Below are positions 37,035 to 47,218 of a DNA stretch of 64,000 nucleotides, piece after piece (positions within the stretch are counted from its first letter, which is position 1; each line of letters starts with the position of its first letter). The position numbers and the translations under genes were made by a program. The notes under the pieces are model-generated. The model saw only the letters and a list, made by a program, of their open reading frames with translations, ran no database searches and was not told the origin of the DNA. The stretch covers positions 2,912,001-2,976,000 of the forward strand of contig CP084166.1 of NCBI GenBank assembly GCA_021513695.1, in the 5' to 3' direction. This stretch comes from Candidatus Heimdallarchaeum aukensis (lineage in GTDB: Archaea; Asgardarchaeota; Heimdallarchaeia; Heimdallarchaeales; Heimdallarchaeaceae).

Positions 37035-39077
37035 TTGAATATATTCCCAAAATATCATCGCTTATTTTCTTCTGATGATGCTATACTTTTACCAAATTTT
37101 TCTGAAATTTGTTCTATTTATGATTTTTATGAGACTTTAATAGATAATTGGGACAAGATAATCAGAAAACCTTTAACTTCTCCTCATTTATCCACAATTT
37201 CTTACATTCTAATGAGTTACTCTGACTATGAACGATTAAAGGAATTATTTGACTTATTTTCCTCTCTTGAGGTTGCTAGCAATTATATTAAACTTTTAGC
37301 CAATCAAGGTAAGAAAGACGAAATTGAAAAAATTTTGAACTCTTATAGTCGGCTAAAAGAACCTATTGAATGTTGGTTGGACTTGATTGGTTGGGGGATT
37401 TACCATTTTAGTCAAATGCAACAAAAAAGTAAAATTTACGAGTTTTTAAAACAATTCGAAGAAGGTTTCCAAGAGCTTTCGAAATTAATGGAAAAGACTG
37501 ATCTTTCTTTTATTCATCTGCAAGCTTTTAAATTATTTATTGAGGGTTGCTCTTTGTATCATATGCAAGAGTACACTAAATCTGTTAAATTAGTAAAAAA
37601 AGCTGTTCATCTACTCACTAAAAACGATATTAAAGACAATTTTCTTCTTGGTTCAATATACAATCTTTTAGCAATCAACTACAGGTTTTCAGGTAGGGGA
37701 CCAGAGAAAGAGATGCTATACAAAGCTAGAGATACTTTTAATGAAGAAAAGATGGATAGGGGAGTAGCAATTGCAAAAGGGAATCTAGCCTATTTATTGA
37801 TACGTGAAGGAAAGTTCGAAGAAGCAATGACCTTACTTCTTGAATTTGATGAAATAATGAGAAAATATAGTGAAATAAGGAATTTAATCCTGAATTACAG
37901 TGATATTTACTATTGTTTAAAATCTCTAGGTAAAATGGATGAAGCTGAAAGGAACCTTGAAATTGCCATGCAACTGATGGAAGAATACAATTCTCCTAAT
38001 GAAGATATTTATATAGATGCCACAGAATTTTATGCATTGAAAGGTGAAATAGAAAAAGCAGAATTCTTTCTAAATAAATACATTCAATTTTTAGATGTAG
38101 AAGAAAAAGGAGAAACAGTCAAAAACGCTACTACACTTATTTATCAAGGTTTTATTGATTTTAGAAAGAAAAATTTTTATGATGCGGAAGTGAAATTAAA
38201 GAAAGGTCTAAGTATTGCTAGAAAACAGAATGTTATTCCTCTTGTTTTGCAGGCCCTAATATATTTGATAGAGTTAAACATATCAAAATACAAGATAGAA
38301 GCGAGTTCTTTTGTGAAAGAAGAAATAATAGAAGAAATAGAACTATTAAGCCAAGAAACTATTGTTATCCTGAAATCACACGATAATATATTTCAGATGA
38401 TTAATTATCAACAGTTGCTTGCCTCTGCCTATATCTTGTCAAATAAGGTTTCTCTAGCTATTTCATTACTTGAAGAAGCAGAAAAAATAAGCTTAGAACA
38501 CAATATGATAGGACATGTTGAAAAAATCAAAGAATTGATTGGTTTAGCAAAATCAGTCAATAACTATATGAATGAAGCTAAAATACAAATCCATCGTGAA
38601 CTAGAAAAAGACTTGCAGACCTATTCAACAAAAGCTGTTAGAGAATTAACAATTATTAGAGATCAAGAGGAAGCACCTACTCCATTATCTCTTTTAGTTA
38701 TTCAAGAAAGTGGATTACCTTGCTTTTCCTATAATTTTAAGGATAAAAGTTTTACTACCGATGAACTATTACTTTCAGGATTGATAAACGCTATACAAAA
38801 ATTTGGTTCAGAAATATCTTGGAAGAAAGGAAAATTCAGACTTATGGCGCATTCCGATTATATATTACTAATTGACCCCCATGAAAAATTTTCTATAGCC
38901 TTATTTGTGGAAGGTTATGATTCGAGTTTCAGGGAAAAAATGAGCGAATTTGCAAAATATGTGAAACCATTAATAGATAAATTAGATAGCCAAAAATACC
39001 TTGATGGAGAGACTTATACAGATCTCGATTTTAATCTAAAAGGAATAGTAGAAAGAATATTTATCACGGGCAATTAA
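37035..39077 (+). CDS. TPR-like helical-repeat protein with a C-terminal Roadblock/LC7-like domain
   Basis: Long alpha-helical repeat region (680 aa). The C-terminal LLVIQESGLPCFSYNFKDKSFTTDELLLSGLINAIQKFGSEI... aligns with the C-terminal domain of the protein encoded at 2981-4060. TTG start. Confidence 0.4.
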   Translation: MNIFPKYHRLFSSDDAILLPNFSEICSIYDFYETLIDNWDKIIRKPLTSPHLSTISYILMSYSDYERLKELFDLFSSLEVASNYIKLLANQGKKDEIEKILNSYSRLKEPIECWLDLIGWGIYHFSQMQQKSKIYEFLKQFEEGFQELSKLMEKTDLSFIHLQAFKLFIEGCSLYHMQEYTKSVKLVKKAVHLLTKNDIKDNFLLGSIYNLLAINYRFSGRGPEKEMLYKARDTFNEEKMDRGVAIAKGNLAYLLIREGKFEEAMTLLLEFDEIMRKYSEIRNLILNYSDIYYCLKSLGKMDEAERNLEIAMQLMEEYNSPNEDIYIDATEFYALKGEIEKAEFFLNKYIQFLDVEEKGETVKNATTLIYQGFIDFRKKNFYDAEVKLKKGLSIARKQNVIPLVLQALIYLIELNISKYKIEASSFVKEEIIEEIELLSQETIVILKSHDNIFQMINYQQLLASAYILSNKVSLAISLLEEAEKISLEHNMIGHVEKIKELIGLAKSVNNYMNEAKIQIHRELEKDLQTYSTKAVRELTIIRDQEEAPTPLSLLVIQESGLPCFSYNFKDKSFTTDELLLSGLINAIQKFGSEISWKKGKFRLMAHSDYILLIDPHEKFSIALFVEGYDSSFREKMSEFAKYVKPLIDKLDSQKYLDGETYTDLDFNLKGIVERIFITGN

Positions 39078-39145
39078 AGAAGATTAATATTTCTTTTTTT
39101 TTATTTTGAAAAACGAAAAAAGAGAAAAAAGAATTCTTTATCCAT

Positions 39146-40201
39146 TTATTTTGATAAAATCGATTCTCTAAAGAGCTTATTCAATAATCCTTTGCCAGGT
39201 TTCTTATTTCCTTTTTCGATTTCTTTAATCGTTTTGATAAGCATTTCATTGGTAGGCATCTTTACACCCAGTTTACTGCCTATCTCGTACACTTTTCCGT
39301 TTAGGTAATCAATCTCTGTTGTTTTTCCATTTCTGATATCTTGTAACATTGAGACTATTGCATTCTTGTGAGGAGCAACTATTCTCTTTAGAACGTTTTT
39401 GGCTATTCCAAAACTGATTATGTCGTAAACGTATAACACCTCAGCGAATAAAACTCCTTGAAATGGATTTAACTTTAACCCTAAAGCTTTAGCTACGTCT
39501 ACCATCTCTTTCCAGTTCCATAAGGACAAATAGATGGCTGCCTTTGTTCTTGCAATTTCTCCTAAAGGCATATCTCCTATTGCACAAATAGGGTTGATTG
39601 TGCTGTTTATCATTAGTTTCATCCAAACATCAGAAATGATATTATCCGAAACTTTTGTTGGAGCTACAAATTCTAGCACTTTAGGAATAAAATCTGGCAC
39701 ATCCTCGCTTTTAACTTCTTTTTCTTTTCCTATTCTTCCGATAACCAAGTCTCCTTCTGAAGTTTGCTCTGCTATTCCAATATCTACTAATTTGACATTG
39801 AATCCTACAACACAAGCAATTACTTTTTTGAAGTGTGACTCTTTTGCTATTTCTTCTGCAATTAATCCATTTTGAAGAGAAACTATAGGAACTTCTGGGT
39901 CGTAAATTTGTTCAAGCTGATTTATCACTTCGATTGTAGAGCTAGCTTTTAAGGTAATTAATATCGCGTCAGGTTTCCACTCTTTTTCATCTTGTAAATC
40001 ATCGATTGTCACTCCAACTACTTTTCCTTCTAACTTTCCTTTAGAAGAATTATAAACCATCTTTTTCTTTGAGAAGAATTCTTTGTGTCTTTCTTTACCT
40101 AAAATCCTAACATAAATGTTATTTGCAGCAAGAGGTGTAGCAACAGCTGTTCCTATTGCTCCAGGTCCAACTACTAGTAAATTTATATTTTCTTTATCCA
40201 T
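39146..40201 (-). CDS. ketopantoate reductase (ApbA/PanE) family NAD(P)-dependent oxidoreductase
   Basis: An LLVVGPGAIGTAVATPLA Rossmann N-terminus and a size (351 aa) consistent with the family. Confidence 0.55.
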   Translation of the reverse strand: MDKENINLLVVGPGAIGTAVATPLAANNIYVRILGKERHKEFFSKKKMVYNSSKGKLEGKVVGVTIDDLQDEKEWKPDAILITLKASSTIEVINQLEQIYDPEVPIVSLQNGLIAEEIAKESHFKKVIACVVGFNVKLVDIGIAEQTSEGDLVIGRIGKEKEVKSEDVPDFIPKVLEFVAPTKVSDNIISDVWMKLMINSTINPICAIGDMPLGEIARTKAAIYLSLWNWKEMVDVAKALGLKLNPFQGVLFAEVLYVYDIISFGIAKNVLKRIVAPHKNAIVSMLQDIRNGKTTEIDYLNGKVYEIGSKLGVKMPTNEMLIKTIKEIEKGNKKPGKGLLNKLFRESILSK

Positions 40202-40809
40202 TTTTTACCCTCTTTGAAAGCTTTTTTATTAACTTGAGAAAGAAGAATGTTTTTCCCAAGAAGTTTCTTAACTATTTTTTCTCCAATTTCTTCAGTAATT
40301 CCCAATTCTTCGAAAGTTGTTAAAGCAGAAAATATCCCAACATTGTAAGGAATAAAATTACCTTTGAACTGTTTTTTAAAGTTCTCTCGGTCAAAAATGT
40401 AAAGTTCTTCAGCTCTTTCTTTGATCTCTTTGTCTATTTCTTCCTCTTCAGGAAAAACTTCTAAACCAAAATAGTTAGTATTTCTAATTTCAAAATAATC
40501 GAGTAAGATAACTTTTGGTTTCTGTTCTTTAATTCCATACAAGTATCTAAGAGTTTCCATTTTCTCTAGTCCAACAACTATGTCTACATCAGAACTAGCA
40601 AATAAAGGAGAACTTTCTTCATTTAATCGGAGAAAAGATTGAACTGACCCTCCACGCTGAGAAAGACCGTGTATCTCGTTGTAACAAACTTTTTTACCAG
40701 TATCAAGAGCTGATGTAGCTATCATTTTAGCCAAAGTAATGATTCCCTGACCGCCTAAACCTAAAAAGGCAATATTAACAGTTTCTTTGTTTTCTTTCAT
40801 CTTTCTCAC
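40183..40809 (-). CDS. iorB: indolepyruvate:ferredoxin oxidoreductase beta subunit
   Basis: FLGLGGQGIITLAKMIA matches the POR-gamma/IorB GGQG motif. Lies immediately downstream of iorA. Confidence 0.8.
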   Translation of the reverse strand: MRKMKENKETVNIAFLGLGGQGIITLAKMIATSALDTGKKVCYNEIHGLSQRGGSVQSFLRLNEESSPLFASSDVDIVVGLEKMETLRYLYGIKEQKPKVILLDYFEIRNTNYFGLEVFPEEEEIDKEIKERAEELYIFDRENFKKQFKGNFIPYNVGIFSALTTFEELGITEEIGEKIVKKLLGKNILLSQVNKKAFKEGKKWIKKI

Positions 40810-42699
40810 CTACTTTATTGCATTAACGGGACAAACCATGGCGCAATAACCGCACCCCGTACAAGTGTCCTGTTTGATGATTATTCTTCCATCTTCTTTA
40901 ACTATAGAAGGACAAGCAAAGTCTATTAAACAATTACCGCATCTAGTACAAAGTTCTTGGTCAATAGATAAAGGTTTAACGGGAGTTTTCATATTTCTGA
41001 GTTTATTAACAATACATTCTCCCTTGAAAATTAAAACAGATGGACCTTGATATTCCAAAGCTTCTTTAACTATTTTCACGTTCTCTTTAACGTTTATTGC
41101 TTGGACAGATTTAATCCATTTTACTCCCAATCCCTTAACTACTTCCTCAAGATTGATTGGGTTGAAATCCTTTCTTTTCCAAGTAGTTGAGGAAGGAGAA
41201 GGTTGACCTCCAGTCATGGCTGTCAAAGAGTTATCTAAAATTGCTAAGGTTATGTTGTGGTTGTATTCTACAGCATCAAGAAGAGCAGGCATACCTGCAT
41301 GGAAGAATGTTCCATCACCAATAATAGCAATAACTTTCTTTCCATTGACTTTGGACATGCCTAAAGCTGTTCCTAGTCCTCCCCCCATACATAACCAATA
41401 ATCTCCAACATCTACAGGCTGAACTTGACCAAGAGCATAACAGCCGATATCAGACGGAATAATGAAATCTTCACCAGTAGCCTTCTTAATGGAATAAAAA
41501 GCTCCACGATGAGAGCAACCATCGCACAATCGGGGAAGAGTACGAGGAATTAAAAGCTCTTCACTATCAAAAATCTTCGGAAGAGGAGAAGGATCAGGAA
41601 TCTCATAGAAAACTGAATCATCATTTGGGTCAGCAACTATACGACTAAAAGCTTCCTTTAAGGCATCGGGTCTCAAAGAATTTTCATAAGGAATCTGCAA
41701 CTTCTCTTTACCAAGAACAGTGACATTTAAGTTGTATCTTCCTATAATAGCCAGTATCTCCGTTTCTAAATAAGGTTCAAGCTCTTCAACAAAGTATACG
41801 TATTTGTATTTTTTAACAATTTCAGCAATCTTCTCTTCGTTCAAAGGAAAGATGGCTCCAATTTTCAAAATATCTCCATCAAAGTTGTAGAGTTCAGCCA
41901 TATATTCAACAATAGGATAAATAGCTCCATGGGTGATGATTAATCTCTCAGATGAAGAAGAAGACTCCTTAAGAGAGATAAATTCGTCAAAGAGAGGATC
42001 TTTAACAAGTTCTTTCAAACTCTTATGTAAACCCTTGTGTAATAGATACCTTGCAGGAATTTGATATTTTATCTCCCTAACAAATTCTCCATTCCAGCTA
42101 AGTTTTTCTTCGACAGGCCTATGCTTGACAATTCCAGTGCTTAAAGAAGTAAAATTAGTCATTCGAAGCATACAAAGCATATTGTATTTTTCAGATAAAT
42201 CATAGATCTTAGGAATAAAATCCCTAATTTCCTGAGGAGTGGAGGGCTCAAAAACAGGAATGTGAGCAAATTTGCCCCAGAACCTAGAATCTTGCTCGTT
42301 TTGACTAGACTGACAACCAGGGTCATCAACAGCAACAATAACCATACCTCCTTGAACACCAAAGTAAGCTAAGGCCATCATCGCATCAGAAGCAACATTA
42401 ACTCCAACATGTTTCATAATAACAGCTGAACGAACACCCGATAAAGCTGCAGCGGCAGAAACCTCAAAAGCAACTTTCTCATTAACAGAGTATTCAAAAT
42501 ATAATTGTCCCTTCTCATGAAGCTTAGCCAATCTAACTTGAATTTCAGTACTAGGAGTACCAGGATAAGCAGCAGTAAAACCAACACCAGCTTCAAGTAA
42601 CCCTTGAACAACAGCATGATTTCCCATGAAAAGAGCTTCTTCGGTTTCAGCTATTCCATTATCAATTTTGTTTTTTCTTTTAACAGACATAATAATCAC
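40810..42699 (-). CDS. iorA: indolepyruvate:ferredoxin oxidoreductase alpha subunit (TPP and 2x[4Fe-4S])
   Basis: TPP-binding GDGTFFHAGMPALLDAVEYNHNITLAILDN. C-terminal CTRCGNC...CPS and CTGCGYCAMVCP ferredoxin motifs. Confidence 0.85.
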   Translation of the reverse strand: MIIMSVKRKNKIDNGIAETEEALFMGNHAVVQGLLEAGVGFTAAYPGTPSTEIQVRLAKLHEKGQLYFEYSVNEKVAFEVSAAAALSGVRSAVIMKHVGVNVASDAMMALAYFGVQGGMVIVAVDDPGCQSSQNEQDSRFWGKFAHIPVFEPSTPQEIRDFIPKIYDLSEKYNMLCMLRMTNFTSLSTGIVKHRPVEEKLSWNGEFVREIKYQIPARYLLHKGLHKSLKELVKDPLFDEFISLKESSSSSERLIITHGAIYPIVEYMAELYNFDGDILKIGAIFPLNEEKIAEIVKKYKYVYFVEELEPYLETEILAIIGRYNLNVTVLGKEKLQIPYENSLRPDALKEAFSRIVADPNDDSVFYEIPDPSPLPKIFDSEELLIPRTLPRLCDGCSHRGAFYSIKKATGEDFIIPSDIGCYALGQVQPVDVGDYWLCMGGGLGTALGMSKVNGKKVIAIIGDGTFFHAGMPALLDAVEYNHNITLAILDNSLTAMTGGQPSPSSTTWKRKDFNPINLEEVVKGLGVKWIKSVQAINVKENVKIVKEALEYQGPSVLIFKGECIVNKLRNMKTPVKPLSIDQELCTRCGNCLIDFACPSIVKEDGRIIIKQDTCTGCGYCAMVCPVNAIK

Positions 42700-42839
42700 G
42701 ATATAGAAGTAATAGATGTATCTCTTGAAAGATGAAAGTATAGTTATTTATAAATTTAATTTAGCTAAAATAAAATATACTATTGTAGATTATTGAAATT
42801 TAATTCAGTCTAATCATCAAAAAATAAAGAATATCGTTT

Positions 42840-42868
42840 ATTTCAATTCCACTATGTCTGATTCTAAC
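42840..42868 (-). repeat. solitary degenerate CRISPR repeat (one substitution and a 1-nt deletion versus the consensus), same orientation as the array
   Basis: ATTTCAATTCCACTATGTCTGATTCTAAC versus the consensus ATTTCAATCCCACTATGGTCTGATTCTAAC. It lies 504 bp beyond the last canonical repeat. Confidence 0.6.
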
Positions 42869-42877
42869 GTAATTATC

Positions 42878-43192
42878 TTATTGTGTTTTTAAGAGTTTTA
42901 CCAGAGGTTGAATCAACTTGTCAATTCTATCAAAGGCTTCTTTTATATCTTGTTCATATGCCCAAACGTGTATGTCTCCTAACAGCAGTTCTAAATTTCT
43001 ATCTTTTTCTGTTTTCATTAAGGCAAAACCTAACCAATGTCTAACTAATGCTAAAAACCCATCAATTGAACAATTACCTTTTAAAACTTCATTATATTGT
43101 TTTATTATCAATTGTGCTGCTGCAGTAAGAGTTAGTTCTTCTTTGATTTCCTTTGTGTTAGATTTCATTAAGTATAGATTCCTTATAAACAA
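42878..43192 (-). CDS. hypothetical small alpha-helical protein (104 aa) lying between the array's terminal repeat and the solitary degenerate repeat
   Basis: Intact ORF with no motif recognised. Confidence 0.35.
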   Translation of the reverse strand: MFIRNLYLMKSNTKEIKEELTLTAAAQLIIKQYNEVLKGNCSIDGFLALVRHWLGFALMKTEKDRNLELLLGDIHVWAYEQDIKEAFDRIDKLIQPLVKLLKTQ

Positions 43193-43372
43193 ATAAAGGT
43201 TGTTTTTAGTAGTGTTAAAAATGCATTTAGGTGGTTTTTCAGCTCGTCCCTTTACTTTTTACGATGTTTCTAAACTTTTTAAATCTTCAGAAACGGAAAA
43301 AATTGTTAGAAAAAACGTTTCTTACATAATAAAGAAAGAATTTGAATATGTTATTACTAAACAGCTTAATAT

Positions 43373-45865
43373 ATTTCAATCCCACTATGGTCTGATTCTA
43401 ACAAGATTTAACTGATTTTGCTGCGTGTAATATTCCTAGATTTCAATCCCACTATGGTCTGATTCTAACGATTTTAACGAGGGTAACTCTGACGCTGAGC
43501 ATATAAATTTCAATCCCACTATGGTCTGATTCTAACTAAAATAAAATAAAATACAATAAAGGTGATTAATATAATTTCAATCCCACTATGGTCTGATTCT
43601 AACTATGTGGGTAACTTTATTAACTTTAGATGTTAAAAACATTTCAATCCCACTATGGTCTGATTCTAACGCAATCGAACAAACTGACACAAATATTAAC
43701 CTATACATTTCAATCCCACTATGGTCTGATTCTAACACATTTTTGAACCATTTAACAAGTCTAAATTGTTCTATTTCAATCCCACTATGGTCTGATTCTA
43801 ACATTAGTGTTTGGTTTTTTGCTCTATTATTGTCTTTAATTTCAATCCCACTATGGTCTGATTCTAACACAATGATCAAATTTATACCACAACAATTAAT
43901 GCGAAATTTCAATCCCACTATGGTCTGATTCTAACCTACTAATCATGAAGATATAATCTATTCATTTAGTTAATTTCAATCCCACTATGGTCTGATTCTA
44001 ACAAGATAAATGGTCTGAAATCAAAAAACATCATACTTATTTCAATCCCACTATGGTCTGATTCTAACTTAATCATATTCTTATTAATTATGCTTCTGCT
44101 AGTGCATTTCAATCCCACTATGGTCTGATTCTAACAGACTCTTCCCCATTTGTGTGTGAGCAACTAAACAAAATTTCAATCCCACTATGGTCTGATTCTA
44201 ACGATGATCTAAGAGAATTAAACGAATATATCAGCAGAATTTCAATCCCACTATGGTCTGATTCTAACTATGATCCTACGCTTGCTTTGTAATCCTGATG
44301 ATGAATTTCAATCCCACTATGGTCTGATTCTAACTAAGAAAAGAACGCATCAAGCGTTTTCTTGAAGAATAATTTCAATCCCACTATGGTCTGATTCTAA
44401 CTCATCATCAAAATGCCGACGGCTCGACTGAATTTTAATTTCAATCCCACTATGGTCTGATTCTAACTCATTCCTCAACTTGAGAGCGTCAGAATGAGAA
44501 AAAATTTCAATCCCACTATGGTCTGATTCTAACAGGTTATTAATCTGTGAAATAATATTGCTTTCAGTATATTTCAATCCCACTATGGTCTGATTCTAAC
44601 GCAATCGAACAAACTGACACAAATATTAACCTATACATTTCAATCCCACTATGGTCTGATTCTAACACATTTTTGAACCATTTAACAAGTCTAAATTGTT
44701 CTATTTCAATCCCACTATGGTCTGATTCTAACATTAGTGTTTGGTTTTTTGCTCTATTATTGTCTTTAATTTCAATCCCACTATGGTCTGATTCTAACAC
44801 AATGATCAAATTTATACCACAACAATTAATGCGAAATTTCAATCCCACTATGGTCTGATTCTAACGTGATTTTATTAATGATTTTGTTAATAAGCTTAAT
44901 TCATTTCAATCCCACTATGGTCTGATTCTAACTAACTTAACCATGATTGCTGAAGAAGGCGACCCATTAATTTCAATCCCACTATGGTCTGATTCTAACG
45001 GAATATTATTGTTACTGTTAGGTTTTTTGGCTACTTATTTCAATCCCACTATGGTCTGATTCTAACAAATACGAATATTTAGGTAAATGTATTGCTCGAG
45101 CTAATTTCAATCCCACTATGGTCTGATTCTAACAAATACGAATATTTAGGTAAATGTATTGCTCGAGCTAATTTCAATCCCACTATGGTCTGATTCTAAC
45201 TGATCTACACAGTTTATGCTTTGATTGATCGATATTGATTTCAATCCCACTATGGTCTGATTCTAACAGAATTAGCAAATTCAGAAAGAGAGTTAGTTAC
45301 CTGATTTCAATCCCACTATGGTCTGATTCTAACATATGGTCAGAAGTAAACGCAAGATTAGAATTTATTGATTTCAATCCCACTATGGTCTGATTCTAAC
45401 AGCATTTGCCAAAGTAATTAATGCCGAATTCTTGCTTATTTCAATCCCACTATGGTCTGATTCTAACAAAGCAGTACAAATCAAATACAATAATAGATTG
45501 ATAATTTCAATCCCACTATGGTCTGATTCTAACCCAGGAGTTCCTCGCATTCAAAGCATGGAAAGAAAGATTTCAATCCCACTATGGTCTGATTCTAACG
45601 CTCTATTCCATCGCTGAGGCCTAAGCCTAATGCACATTTCAATCCCACTATGGTCTGATTCTAACATTATGGCCTACATAATTTAACAATTAGTATTGTT
45701 AGATTTCAATCCCACTATGGTCTGATTCTAACAATGTCGTAAATGCAGGAATGGAGATTTCTATATTGAATTTCAATCCCACTATGGTCTGATTCTAACC
45801 CATTTACTGAATTCTCTACACATTTAGATCAACTCATTTCAATCCCACTATGGTCTGATTCTAAC
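43373..45865 (-). CRISPR. CRISPR array of 38 identical 30-bp repeats and 37 spacers of 36-37 bp
   Basis: The direct repeat ATTTCAATCCCACTATGGTCTGATTCTAAC recurs with a 66-67-bp period. Read on the minus strand it is GTTAGAATCAGACCATAGTGGGATTGAAAT, ending in the ATTGAAAT 8-nt handle typical of type I-B repeats. This sets minus-strand transcription, leader at the cas2 side. Confidence 0.97.
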
Positions 45866-45964
45866 ACTTCATATTTCCTATATTTTTGATAATAATAAGG
45901 CTTTTCTTTTTATTTACATTCGTGTTCCTCCCATTTGGTGTTTACTTTATAAATATCTACATTC
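45866..45964 (-). promoter_or_regulatory. CRISPR leader (~99 bp, AT-rich) between the cas2 stop and the first repeat
   Basis: Its position, and a TTTATAAA TATA-like element on the transcribed strand about 70-80 nt upstream of the first repeat. Confidence 0.5.
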
Positions 45965-46228
45965 TTATAATATATTTGATTTATTTCCTTTTTGTATTCC
46001 TATTTCTTTTCTTTCTAAATATTTTTCATCTCTTAATGTATATACTAATATACTATCTTCACTTTTTTTTATCATTTTTTCAATATTTTTTATTATTGAG
46101 CGCAATTCTGCTTTTGTTATTTCTCCTTCAAAAACACTATTTTGTATCCATTCCAGATATGTTTTCAGAAACCTTCTTACTTTGTCTATTCTTTCTACTT
46201 TTATATCATATACTATAATAACATACAT
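45965..46228 (-). CDS. cas2: CRISPR-associated endoribonuclease Cas2
   Basis: MYVIIVYDI...NSVFEGEIT matches the Cas2 signature (87 aa). Confidence 0.9.
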   Translation of the reverse strand: MYVIIVYDIKVERIDKVRRFLKTYLEWIQNSVFEGEITKAELRSIIKNIEKMIKKSEDSILVYTLRDEKYLERKEIGIQKGNKSNIL

Positions 46229-46231
46229 GCA

Positions 46232-47218
46232 TTACCACCACGATATAAGTGGTTTGTATTCTAATTCACCCAAAAAGTGTTTACAAAGCTTATATAATTC
46301 AAGCCTTATTAGCCTTTTGTAACTCACATTTCTTTTTAATTCTTTGTGTTTTATTCTTGTTTTTAATTTTTGGTCCCAAAGTTCAATGAATTTTCTTTTT
46401 CCTGTCTCTGATAGCAACAAGTTTCCTATTTTTCCTTCAAAATCTTTATCGTTGAGTATTTTCTTATTTACCAAAGTTAATATTACTCTATCTGATAATA
46501 TGGGTTTAAAAATCTCACTCACATCAAGAGCAAGAGAAAATCTTCTTTCAAAAGGTTCATGTAAATATGAAATTGTAGGATTCAGTTGTGTATTATATAT
46601 TTCTGAGAGTATTGTAGTGTATAGAAGCGAATTACCAAAACTAATTAAAGCGTTCATTCTATTTGTAGGAGGTCTTCTTTCTCTTTTCACAATCTTAAAT
46701 TCTTTAGGAACAATTTGATCAATAGCTAAGTAATATTTATTTCGAATACTGCCTTCCAATCCCATTATCTTCTTAATTTCTAATATTTCTTGAATTTTTT
46801 TTGTTTCTTCTTCTATTTTTGAAATTATGTCACCAATTATTGAATCTTTTCTTCTACTCTTTAGGATTTTAATTATGTTAAAAGCTGAACCTCGAACAAA
46901 TTTTTTAGCTAATTTCAATCTTTTTGGATAAGATAGATAGTGTGCTGCTTGTTTTATAATCATATCTCCGCTAAGCAGTGTTTCTCGGGGATATAATGTA
47001 CTTTTATACCAACCATAATGATCAAAAAAGTGCACTGGAATTCCTTTTTTTCCAAGAAATAATACCACTCCGCCTGATAGAGAAAGATTTCCATATGCGT
47101 AGATTGCATTTATTCTTTCAACAGGTAAAGCTCTTTTCACATCTTTACAATGGAAATACAATGTATTTTCTTTTCTGTATAAAATTCCATTTTTCACAAT
47201 ATAAAATTCTTTTTTCAT
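46232..47218 (-). CDS. cas1: CRISPR-associated integrase Cas1
   Basis: 328 aa with Cas1-like sequence, between cas4 and cas2. Confidence 0.85.
   Translation of the reverse strand: MKKEFYIVKNGILYRKENTLYFHCKDVKRALPVERINAIYAYGNLSLSGGVVLFLGKKGIPVHFFDHYGWYKSTLYPRETLLSGDMIIKQAAHYLSYPKRLKLAKKFVRGSAFNIIKILKSRRKDSIIGDIISKIEEETKKIQEILEIKKIMGLEGSIRNKYYLAIDQIVPKEFKIVKRERRPPTNRMNALISFGNSLLYTTILSEIYNTQLNPTISYLHEPFERRFSLALDVSEIFKPILSDRVILTLVNKKILNDKDFEGKIGNLLLSETGKRKFIELWDQKLKTRIKHKELKRNVSYKRLIRLELYKLCKHFLGELEYKPLISWW

Noticed and set aside
43200-43415. 71-aa plus-strand ORF running into the first CRISPR repeat.
   Set aside because: It overlaps the array boundary and has no support; it sits in the trailer-side gap.
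43586-45617. Six ORFs in the track inside the CRISPR array (43586-43918 -, 43605-43928 +, 44350-44583 -, 44564-44848 -, 44673-44858 +, 45432-45617 +), with repeating LESDHSGIE / SIPLWSDSN peptides.
   Set aside because: They are translations of the 30-bp repeat in different frames. Their periodicity equals the repeat period. They are not genes.
45886-46218. 110-aa low-complexity ORF antisense to cas2.
   Set aside because: Poly-Leu/Phe/Ile composition from AT-rich DNA, overlapping the well-supported cas2 gene.
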